A DNA stretch of 33,906 nucleotides from Dimargaris cristalligena. Taxonomy: Eukaryota. The notes under the pieces are model-generated. The model made no database searches. It worked only from the letters and a program-made list of their open reading frames with translations, and was not told the DNA's origin. Of this stretch, positions 1 through 11,100 are shown one piece after another. Numbering within the stretch: the stretch's first letter is position 1; each line of letters begins with the position of its first letter. The stretch spans positions 1 to 33,906 of the forward strand of contig ML002400.1 of NCBI GenBank assembly GCA_003614675.1, written 5' to 3'. Made by a program: the position numbers and the translations under genes.

Positions 1-55
1 GCATAACATGTTGTGGCTCAAATATATCTAATTTCTGGTTATCAATGCCTTGTTT
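1..55 (+). repeat. Exact 55-bp direct copy of 6454-6508 (internal to the large NRPS)
   Basis: gcataacatgttgtggctcaaatatatctaatttctggttatcaatgccttgttt occurs identically at 1-55 and 6454-6508; the copies diverge at the next base (g vs c). Confidence 0.95.
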
Positions 56-84
56 GAAAAGTAGTGTGGCCACTCATTACCTGG
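43..84 (-). repeat. Exact 42-bp inverted copy of intergenic 1606-1647
   Basis: The reverse complement of 43-84 is ccaggtaatgagtggccacactacttttcaaacaaggcattg, which is 1606-1647. It overlaps the 1-55 copy by 13 bp (caatgccttgttt). Confidence 0.95.
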
Positions 85-1236
85 TTCAAGGTGGTACAGC
101 GCCATGACATGCTCCGGGCCCGCTTCCGGCCTATCGATGGGGAAACGATGATCTCTTTCGGCAGTATAGATGGCCCGTCGTCCACCTGTTTCGAGTACCA
201 TCGATTGGATGATATTCGTGACGCATTGAGCCAACTTAATGCCATTAACCACTTGATTAATTTCGATAAGGGACCAATTTCTCAGGTCCGAGTGTTTGAC
301 GTTGATGACATTCAGTATGTCTACATCTCGGTTCACCACTTGGTTTTTGACCTTTTATCGGTACAGATTGTTCGCGAAGACCTAACGGCCTTCCTTACTG
401 GTCAAACTCTCGATCCCATTACCCACTCTTATTCAGCGTGGGCTGATCATCTGTATTCTTTGGCCCAGTTCATCGATCCATGCAGTATTGACTTGCCCCT
501 CGCAGGCATCCCCCTGGCAGTGGAACTTTCTACGGATGGCACACTGATTACTAACGAAACGCGGGAGTACGCCAGGGAATGTATCGGTCAAAGCGCTACT
601 CGCCAGCTCATGACCGTTGTGACCAATCAGCTAGGCGCTGTTCCCGTTGAGCTGATCTTGTCCGCGTTAGTATGTGCCTACCACCGGCATTTTGGACTAA
701 CTCAATTGAGTGTGGTGTATTCAAGCCATGGTCGAAAAGATCCCCAGGGCAAGCTCGATGTCTCTCGTACGGTCGGTTTTTTTGCCTGCCAGTTTCCCCT
801 AGTTTTGCAGAATTCTTTAGATGGCGATTTAGCAATCACCTTGCGTGGCATTCAAGCCACGTTAAGCACAGGGATGGACAGCGGCTTCTTGCGCACTGTG
901 ACCAAAAACCTATATTGCTTCTCCGATGACGAGACTGAACTACAGCGACAGTTCGATGCTGAACCTCAATTCGGGTTTACCTATGTGGACAATATCGGGT
1001 TTCACGATTCCCCGGATTCCACGACTCTCTTGATCGACCGGCCTGCCATGGTTGACGAATTACGCACCACGAAGAGTCAAAATATTTACCCGTATTTATT
1101 CGATTTTGCAGCTTGGAATACTACTCGGGGATTGGAAATCACCACACATTACAACTCTAAGCAATTCCAGGTAGAAACAGTTAGCGGGTTTCTTTCATGT
1201 TGGAAGGAATGTCTCCTTGAGTTAACCCACATTTAG
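64..1236 (+). CDS. 3' fragment of an NRPS: terminal epimerization-like / condensation-superfamily domain (5'-truncated; genuine sequence begins at about 82)
   Basis: Motifs RHDMLRARF, HHLVFDLLS (334-351), SYSAWADHL, SSHGRKD (721-741; E-domain EGHGRE position) and SRTVGFFACQFP (E-domain RTVGWFTxxxP). Stop TAG at 1234-1236. The GTG at 64 lies inside the chimeric segment. Confidence 0.85.
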   Translation: MWPLITWFKVVQRHDMLRARFRPIDGETMISFGSIDGPSSTCFEYHRLDDIRDALSQLNAINHLINFDKGPISQVRVFDVDDIQYVYISVHHLVFDLLSVQIVREDLTAFLTGQTLDPITHSYSAWADHLYSLAQFIDPCSIDLPLAGIPLAVELSTDGTLITNETREYARECIGQSATRQLMTVVTNQLGAVPVELILSALVCAYHRHFGLTQLSVVYSSHGRKDPQGKLDVSRTVGFFACQFPLVLQNSLDGDLAITLRGIQATLSTGMDSGFLRTVTKNLYCFSDDETELQRQFDAEPQFGFTYVDNIGFHDSPDSTTLLIDRPAMVDELRTTKSQNIYPYLFDFAAWNTTRGLEITTHYNSKQFQVETVSGFLSCWKECLLELTHI

Positions 1237-2167
1237 GCTCCGGCCAGTATGAACTGCTTTGATGAAGTATCTGAGCTCCAGAATGTTCCTCGAAATGGTA
1301 ACTAGTATTGGAACGAAGCCAGGCTGCGATTCTAATAAAAAAAGTCGGCAATTAATTGAGTATGTTGGCAATGTAAGTTGGAGAAGGGCCTAGATTTTGT
1401 TTGAACTAATATTCAGAGGATCCGGTGTTCACCATTTAGAGCATAGTTCTTTATTTATAGTTAATTTTTTAAGTGTGCTATTAGCGAATTAAGTCCATCA
1501 AGGTGCCCATAAATTTACCTGTAAAAAAATCAATAATAATCACGTGAATGTATAGTTTGGAGGCCTCAATTCATAGGTGCACTATAGTCGTTGATAATCC
1601 TACGGCCAGGTAATGAGTGGCCACACTACTTTTCAAACAAGGCATTGTTAGTAGCGGGTACAGGTGGGCGTTTAATATAAAGATAAGTGGTGGTTTATTA
1701 ACGATAAGTATTATTAAGAAGCAGTAAATAGTTTTTAAGCAGCTATAGATCGAATGAGCGGGTGGGAGCAATAGTCAACTGGGGACCTATGCGAGGACGA
1801 GCCAGTTGCTCCTTTTATATCGGAGTAATAAGGGGCCTCATTTAGACACAACTTGGAGTAGTAATGGTACGACTGGCAACACTTAATGCCCTCGTAGAGA
1901 AGTCATCAGTTGCATTGTCTAAGGTCGGTGTGTCCCCATTTAGAGCCATAAACGGGGCCCTGGTGATATTAGTACCCTGGCCATATCTGGGGTTGCCCAG
2001 TGCTGCGGCATCAACAGCATCATTGTTCGCCTATTATATTACTCGCACGATTATTTATTGAATTAATTTCGGTAGATAATGAGGGAGGGGGCAGAAGACT
2101 GATCACTATGATATGGAAAAAAGATAATATATAAGGAGAAATGGGCAGTCTGCAAGGTCGGCCAGCC

Positions 2168-5100
2168 CTATATCGAACTATTATCGTTGGGTATTAAAGG
2201 CGGGGCTCCATCTAAAAGGGAGAGGGTGCTATGACGCGAATCTAGGGAGGTGTCTTTTGGAGGAAGTGGGGATATGAAGCCAGTATTGGCCATGTAGGCT
2301 AAACAGCTGTCCATCACATCAGAAATAGGCGGACAGTGCACATTATTGGCTTGACAAAAGGTCTGAGTATGGCTCGTGTCAATGGCCGGAAAATCCATCA
2401 TCTCGGGTAAACTGTCCAAAACAAATAAAAGCAGTGGATAGAGGGCATTGTCGACTGGCCTTTTGACAGCTGCTTTCAGATAGTTACACCAGTTGGTATA
2501 AGCTACGGCATCAAGGGTAAACCCAAGCATGCGGATATGATCAAAAATGTTGTTGTAACTAAACCGAGTGGCCATATCAATGTGAAAAGTCCCCACTGCA
2601 AGGGCATCGGGATTAATTGCAACTTGCACTATTACTTCAGCGGCGTAGTCAACTGGACACATAGCCATTGCACTATCCATGGTGGGAGCCTTGCCCAACT
2701 GGATACAGCCCTTGACAAACCGCCATAGGAAATCGTCAGTATTGACCACTCCAGATTGACTTGCTCCCACAATGAATCCGGGCCGAACAATGGTGCAGGG
2801 GTAGCCCCGGGACTGGGCCTCTAATATAAGTTTGTCGGCGACCCATTTGGTCTGATCATAGCCAGCAGGAATACTGAGCCGACTCCCCTCTAAGTTATCT
2901 GATTCCGGAATCCCGATGACTATCCTAGATTGGGCAGTTGGAGTGATATCAGGTGTGGATGGGGGGGACACAGGGAAAGTGTTGTCAGTGGAATATCCTT
3001 CTTTGTTGGATTTGGTCAAGTGGGTAGGATAGTCGTTAGTAAAGACTGATAATGTTGAAATGAAATGGAAAGGCTTAATATGGTGAGTAGTGGCAAGCTT
3101 GAGGGCCTCTAAGGTACCTAATACATTAGGCCCCCGCAGTTTCTCGTAAGGGTGCATCCAGTGAATTTGGGCCCCATTATGGATCACGACATCGACTATT
3201 TCGGCTAGGGACTTCCATTCAACCTCAGTGATGCCCAAATGGGGCTGTGCTAAGTCACCAACAATAGCTCGGATCTGCTGGCTACCATAACCAACAGACC
3301 AGTTCACCTTAGAGTTAGTCTGGATATGAAAGTCAGGTTCAAATTCTGTGATATCCCACTGGGACTGCCATACTAAGCGATTGATACAGCTCGTCTTGAT
3401 TCGGTCAAAGGCCCGATTGGGGTCCTGAGCCCGAGCCAGACAGTATACAGTGGCTGAAGGGAAATGGCTTAACAAGTTCGTCAGTATAAATGTCCCTAGA
3501 AAGCCAGTGGCACCGGTGAGAAAAAAGGTGGGTGCTCCACCGGACCGGACCTGATCAGGGAATATAAATGATTTGAAGGCCCGATTATTGTGAGTGTTTA
3601 TTAATAGGGGCGGAAGTTGATGGACGAGAGTATCGAAATCAGTTGAATATGTATTAGCTGGTTCAACTAAATTCAAGTCTGGAGTACTGTTGGTATTCAA
3701 GTCCGCTGAATATGCCTTTTGTGAAGAGACTATCTGCGCTATTTTCTCGGCAGGTGGTATATTCACAGTGTTTGTTGTGCCTGCCAACATTAATCGGTCA
3801 ATTTCATTGGCCATACCGTAGATGGTGGGCTCTCGGAATACTAAACTGTGTGGAATATTGGCCCCAAAAACCTTTTGGACTTGAATTGCCAGTCGGGTAG
3901 CTAAAATGGAATGACCCCCCATACTGAAGAAGTTGCTATGTAGCGGGGTTGCTGAATCCAGATCAAGTATATGTTGCCAAATTTTGTTTAGAGAAATTTG
4001 GGTTGGGCTGTAGTTTACCAGGTGATTGCTCACATCGGAAATGCTGCTTATATCCCTCATGGTAGGGGCATATGGCCTGTACTTTTCTGAACTTTGAAAT
4101 GCCTTGTGACAAGGTAAGGATAGCTTGTCTATCTTTCCATTGGCATTCACTGGGAGGTGGGTCAGAGGTACAAAGCAACTAGGGATACTATAGCTGGGTA
4201 ATGTATTATTTAGGCTCTCTCGGACTTCGGATACAAGGGAATATAGATAATTATCTGGACCCTCATCCTCACCTATTATCAAAGGTTTCCCAGAGCTCTC
4301 CCTAGTTGTATAATTGGATGGACCTGTAAATTTTGGTACAATGTAGGATACCAGGACCTGATCGCCATTTGTTGCATGACTCAATATTGTTGCACTTGTC
4401 CGAATCTGGGGGTGATGTAAAATAGTACTGTCAATTTCGTCAAGTTCAACCCGGAATCCCCGGATTTTGATTTGGTTGTCTGTACGCCCTAAGCATTGAA
4501 TTTGGCCATCTGGTAGCCATCGACCAAGGTCACCAGTGCGGTATAGCCTGCCCTGACCAGTGAAAATGTTTTTAATGAATTTGACTGGATTGAGATCAGA
4601 ACGGTTAATGTAGCCTTGACTAACACCAATCCCACCAATGTAAATCTCACCCACTGCTCCAATTGGTACCAGTTGAAGGTAGGCGTCCAAAATATAACAT
4701 TCATAGTTAGCAATTGGACGTCCAATAGTAATTATTCCATTATGGGGCATTTGGGCCCAGTGGCTGATAATAGTGGTTTCAGTAGGGCCATAGCAATTGT
4801 AGAGAGTGACAAAGGGTGCCCATTTTTCTGCAAGTTCTAAGGGAAAGTGCTCGGCACCACACATTAATGTTCTAAGCTGGGGATAGTAATGGGGCTCAAT
4901 AGATGAGATGATTGATACAGTAAGGTAGGCGCACTGTACTGTTGGCAAGACGGTTAAAAAAGTATCCTCATAAAAAACCATGGTTGAGCCATTTAAGATA
5001 AAGGAAAGTACAGTGAAGAGATAGGCATCAAATCCCGGGGGATTCACACTTAATACTCTCTGAGCTGGTTTCCAAATATCTTTAAAGGAGTCATTACAAA

Positions 5101-8100
5101 TGATATTAGCCAAACTATTATGCTGAACCATAACACCTTTTGGCAAACCCGTAGTTCCAGATGTAAAAATAATATAAGCCAAATCATCTGGTTGAATGGG
5201 GTGTACTGAGCTATAGCAAATAGGCTGGCTATTGTCAAAAGTAAGATTGGCCATGGATACTGCAGTAGGCCATTCTGCATCCGCAACTGATGCATTCACA
5301 ATGTGTGAACATTGGGCAGTTTCCACCATGTATTTTTGTCGACTAAAGGGTAGGGTGCTGTTAACTGGTACATAAATGGCACCAATAGACCAAATGGCCA
5401 ACATGCAAATAATTGTATTTGAGTGGTTATCCACGATCACTGCCACTTTATCTCCCGGTTTAACAGGTACTTGTTGCAGGTAGCAGGCCAACCCTTGGAC
5501 ATTGTGGGCCAACCCTGTGAAAGTTTGTGTTTGATTCCCTAACTCGATAGCAATATAGTTGGGATACTTCTTAACTGTAGTAAAAAATATGTCCAAAACA
5601 TTCAGTTTGGGATTTTTAAGAATGGTGGAGTTGGGTGGGCCATGCACAAAGTTCCTTAAAAGCAATTGAACCTCGGTTGGACAAGCCAATTGTGCACTTT
5701 TAATATACTGCCCAGAAGTGAATACATACTTTATATAAGATGTAAAGTTTAGTAGTAAGCTCCGGGCTGTCTCATATTTGAATGTAGCTGGATTATACCG
5801 GAGTTGCAGCTGGGCTGCTGTATTTTGGCGATCAACGACTAGCTGTAAGTCATATGGAAAAAGTGTTTGGGGTTGTTTGGAATGGATGATTTGTACGCCG
5901 GGTCGATTAGAATTGAAATTCAGGGGTCGGAATAGCACACCTATTCGGGCCATACCTGCAACTCTATAAAACATTGGAAGCCCCAGTTCAGCCCCCAGGG
6001 TTTCATTGTTTGGGACTGTATGCACCATGGATACCTGGCATTGCTGGGTAAATCTATGAACTAACTCTGAAAGTGTATTAGGTAAGCCACCAGTGTATCG
6101 AATTGGGTGGGACATATTTGTTGAAATTGAAGTTGTGGTTGATAATTCAGTAGGGCCTAGATCATATTTGTTAAAATCAATGATAATATCCTCCTGACCT
6201 GAAACTCGGAGAATAAAAGCAGTGAATACAGAAACCCAAATAATACTTTCACACACTGACTCGCAACTGGTAAAACTCGATAGCATTATATCCAGATCCT
6301 TGTCAAGGTTGGTTTCCACCACTGAACACTGTAAGTTAGTTGAATATGTTTGTATATAGTCAGCATATAGAGAGAGCTTAGTTGGGGGGTCATGGAGAAG
6401 GGAGGACCAGTAATTAATATCAGCCTCAGATGATTGATGGTTGTTATTATTAAGCATAACATGTTGTGGCTCAAATATATCTAATTTCTGGTTATCAATG
6501 CCTTGTTTCAATAATTCGGCCAGATTCTGGAAGAGCATGCTGTTTCCTACAATCTCATGAACATAGAAGTTGATTGCTGATTTAACTCCACCTGCAGGGG
6601 GCTGGGCAAATTGGTAGAGAGTAGCTTGAATAAGTATGCCCTGTTGAAGATTAAATTGCACTTTTTCTGAAGTAAAATCTATATACTCACTTTCCAGGGA
6701 CCCAGGCATGGCATACTCAATAACTTTGATTTGGACATTAGGGAGAATATGACAAGCAAGTATACCACCAGAGGTAGTAAAGCAGCTACGGAGTGCCTCA
6801 AATTGGGCCACTAGTTGATTGATGGATTTTTGAATATATGTGATGGCAATAGTTTCTGTTGATGTAAATTCACAGCAGTAGTAGAAAGTTCTTAGTGTAT
6901 CTGTGTATTTGCTAAGAGACCATATATTTTGTTGATAATCAGTGATTGAAGGACTTGATAAGACTATACCTAGTTGTTGAGGGGCATCAGTGATGAACCC
7001 TTTGCTTTTTAGATTCCACTCAGCTTTAAGTAATTGGCTAGTAATAACTTGAGCTAAGGACTGGAGGTTATTACAGTTAAATATATCCCTGATAGTAAGT
7101 ATTATACCATATTTCTGATGAATACAGAACTGGAGTCTCTCCCACTGGGCAAGTGTGAGTTTTAGTTGGGACTGAGGAATAGGTGACATTAAGTAGTCAG
7201 AGTTTGACTTGAGAGGCAAGCATAGTTCATTAATAAATACGGTTAGCCACCATTCTGTCTCTTTTAATGCTCCAACTTGGTCTAAGGGAAGGCTTGCGAG
7301 ATAAGCTTGGGCAAAGTATTGAACTCTATGATAAGATTTCTCTGTATAGTCAGCCACATGGGGGAATCCTTTAGTTGAAATAATGGCATCAGGAAAAAGT
7401 ACTTTTGGAACTACAGGAGGGGCTATTGAAGTCTGCAGACGAGCCAATTCTTCCTTAGATACATGGTTAACTATTACTACTAATTGGCTATTTGGCAATA
7501 CGAGGACCTGTGGACAGATGGCCCCAACTTGAAGTAGGGCCTGTTCTAATACCCCAAGATGAGCCCGTTGGTCTTGCAGATTCACCCATTGGGATTTAGG
7601 GCCCAGAATGCAAATGTGGTTATCTGAATTATAGTAGGCAAGACCCAAGTCACCAGTTTGTTGAATATTATTGGAATTTCTTATGTTGGCAAACCCTAGG
7701 TAACCAGGTACCCCAGGTGGGCAAGGATGGCCCCACTGATCAAAAACTACTAAAGAATTATCTCCAAATGGACTATCCATAATAGGTAGGGTGAAGGTAG
7801 CTAATTGATCACCAGGTACCAGACAGTACCCATGAAATAATGATACATTATAGACTAGACAGAGAAGTGATGGTTTGTCTAGATTAATGAGATCTGATGG
7901 AATTGTATGGGCCAAGTTAACAAGTACCAGTTGATCCATATTATGGTATTCATGGGTGAATCTATGGGCAGGAGTAATATGGCAATAGGCTGGGTTGATA
8001 TTATGTGGTGATCCTACAGTTACACTAAATAGTAGGCATGAAAGAATGAGCCAAGTGACTTCTAGACTCCCTAGGTCCAGTGAGGGATCAAAAGTATACC

Positions 8101-11100
8101 CATTCCTATTACTAATATATGACTCAGCTAATGCAAGGGTATGCTTGATATTCACAGTGTTAATAGTAAGCAGAATGGGCCCAGTTGGGCTCCAGCCAGT
8201 TATAAATTGTAAACTAATACCTGAGGTATTTGATTTGGTCATATGATACTGATTAAGCACTGTATCATTAACAGGTATACTGGTACTATCAGTTGGTATC
8301 TTGATTAGGTTAGTATTCTCAGGAAGGTAGGTTAAGTACTCATTAGGGAAAGAATCTGGGCACCACACTACATGGGGCTTAGATAATGCTAAATCCTGGG
8401 CTATCTGTTCAATATTCCTAGTGTTTGATTGAACTATCAGGTAGGCATCCATTTTGATTGTTGCTACTAAATATACAAATAACTGGCTAATATCTCCCAC
8501 AAGGGCTATTATAGTTGGTGGAAAATCTGTAATTATAGCATTAGTACATACTACTAGGGAATTGGCCAGGAGGTCAAGCTGACTAACAGACAGGTCTAAT
8601 TCATTACTCTGGTAGACTAAGTGGTCTGGATGGCTGTGGATAATACCATCCCAAACCTGAGCCAATGATTGGGAGCCCAGGGCAGAAGAGGGATTACAGG
8701 TATTTTGCTTTAGGCCTATAGCTGATGGCTGTGCTATTGGTTTGCTAAGAGTAAGCTGATCAATAGGGGTTTGGGGATCACATATTATTATTTGCTGAAG
8801 TACTACCTGAACCATATTCACAATCTGAGTAATAGAGGTTTCAGAGTAGATATTTGTACTATAGAAAGCTTTCACTTGAATGGAGGAGGGCTGTTCTACA
8901 AAATTGATAGCTAGTGGATATTGAGTAAACTCATGAATATAAATGTCTGATAGGGTTAATTCATGGGTTTGGTTAGGGACTAGGTTGGGAAAATTTTCAA
9001 ATCCCAGGAGTGTATGAAATAGGGGGCCTGTATGGCCCAAATCACCCCATTGGGCAATATCAATAAGTTGGGAGCACTCAAAAGGAATCATATCCACCTG
9101 GTCCTTATAAAGTGACTCAAGCCATGACCCAAGTGGAGAACTACCCAATTGAGCCCTGTATGGTACTGTATTGGTACAGGGTCCAATTACTGTATCCATA
9201 CTAGGTATATTCAAATTTCGGCCAGATATAATCATACCAAAAGTTACATCATCCTGGTTAAGTAGCCGGCCTAATACTAAGGCATAAGCAGCCTGGAATA
9301 GGGTTGCAATTGATATACCAATACTTTGAGTAGCTTGGATTAATTGGGCTTTGGAAATATCCAGAAGTGTTGAATATACTGTGTGACCCACTGGACCAAT
9401 ATACTTAGGGTATAGTAAGGGTGCTGGTGTAATTATGGCATTATGTAGATAGCGAGCCCAAAATACCTGTGCCAGTGCTGGATCTGACTGGGATATATAT
9501 TTCACAACAGTTGGAAAGTTAGTCTGCGGTGGGGGCACAGCTAGCATATGGTTATGATAGGCTACCATCCACTCCTGGAGGAGTAGGGGTAGCGACCAAC
9601 CATCCATTAATGAGTGGTGAATTGTGATAATAATCTCATGGACTTGGCTATTAGTAGTAGGGAACACAAAGTTACGGACCATATGTTCCTGGAGGGAGAA
9701 TCCCTGCCACCGGTTCTCAATAAAAAACACCTCAAGGGAATCAAGAGGCTGGTCTGAAATAGTCCAGGAAGTAGATAAAGAGGAAAGCACCACTTGGAGG
9801 AACCCCTGGGATAGAGTATTGGGAGATTCTATAAAATATGTACGCAGAGGAGAGTGCTGGTTAGCCACAGAGGCCCAGGCCTGGACTAGTCGATCTACAT
9901 CGAGTTGTCCAGTTAGTTTGATTGCCATTTGGATAAGGTAGGCAGACGGGTCTGAAGTCAGGTTCATTAGGAGGCCACCCTGAATGGTAACACATGGTAG
10001 TATGTCTTCAACCTGCGCAAGGGAAATGCCTCTTTGGTGGATTTGTGTCAAGATAGTCTGGAATCCAGTGTCAGAGAGAGCCAAATGTGGGAAGTCATAC
10101 TTGGTAAGCAAAGGTTCATTGGTCATATTCCCTGACTGTATGCTCATACTAGTAAGTTCAGCCAGGTTCTGATACCAGCTGGACATAACTTTGGTAATAA
10201 CATCACTGTGGTATACCTGGGGGTTATATTCCATAATTAATCGAAGGCAGTCACCAACTATTGTAGGCATGGGATTGAGGTCAAAAACAATGTAGTCCTG
10301 GGGGGCAAAGTCATGTAGTCCAAATGAATCGGACCACTCAATAGAAACTGGATCACTACCCTGGTGAGTACTTGAGTTGCTAAACTGGCCAAAGTAGTTG
10401 AACTGGACATCCATTCTCTCAGGGGTTTTAGCCATTAGTTTACGCTTCTCATCAACTTTTACACCTGGCATGTATTTGACTACTAAGTAGGGGAACCCTT
10501 TGGCCGGGATTCTCTGTAAGGCTTCCTTGGTATATTGTAATAGCTGCAAGAGTGACTGTCCTGGTTGAATTTGGAGTACTAGTGGATAGACGGAGGTAAA
10601 CCAGCCTACAGTGCGAGTAATATTTTGATCAGTGGTCCAGGGCTCCCGCCCATGGCCCTCCATACAAAAAGATATTTGGCTGACTCCAATGGTAGTAGAA
10701 AAGGCCTGGGCAAATGTGGCTAATAGTATGTATTGAGGGGTAACTCGCCATTGGGAGGCTAGTTGAAACAGAAGAGTGTTAGTAGACTTAGAATCAAACT
10801 CCAAAGATGCAGAAAGACGGGCTGCAGGATACTTCTCAGTACTTATCTCCACTGGAGGTAGTAGAGCATAAATATCGGGAATTGGGTGGTTTGGATCCAC
10901 CTGCATTGGCCAAACATCTGCGGAGAGAGTACTGCAGTAATCTGCCAATAGGTTAGACCAGGTTTGGAAAGACATTGTCTTTGGTGGAAGGGGTTTATCG
11001 AGAAATAGTGAATTTAAATCCTCAATGAGTATCCGCCAGGAAACCAAGTCCACCAGAATGTGGTGAATAGTAAAGAAAAGTTGGGTGTTCGATGGTTCAG

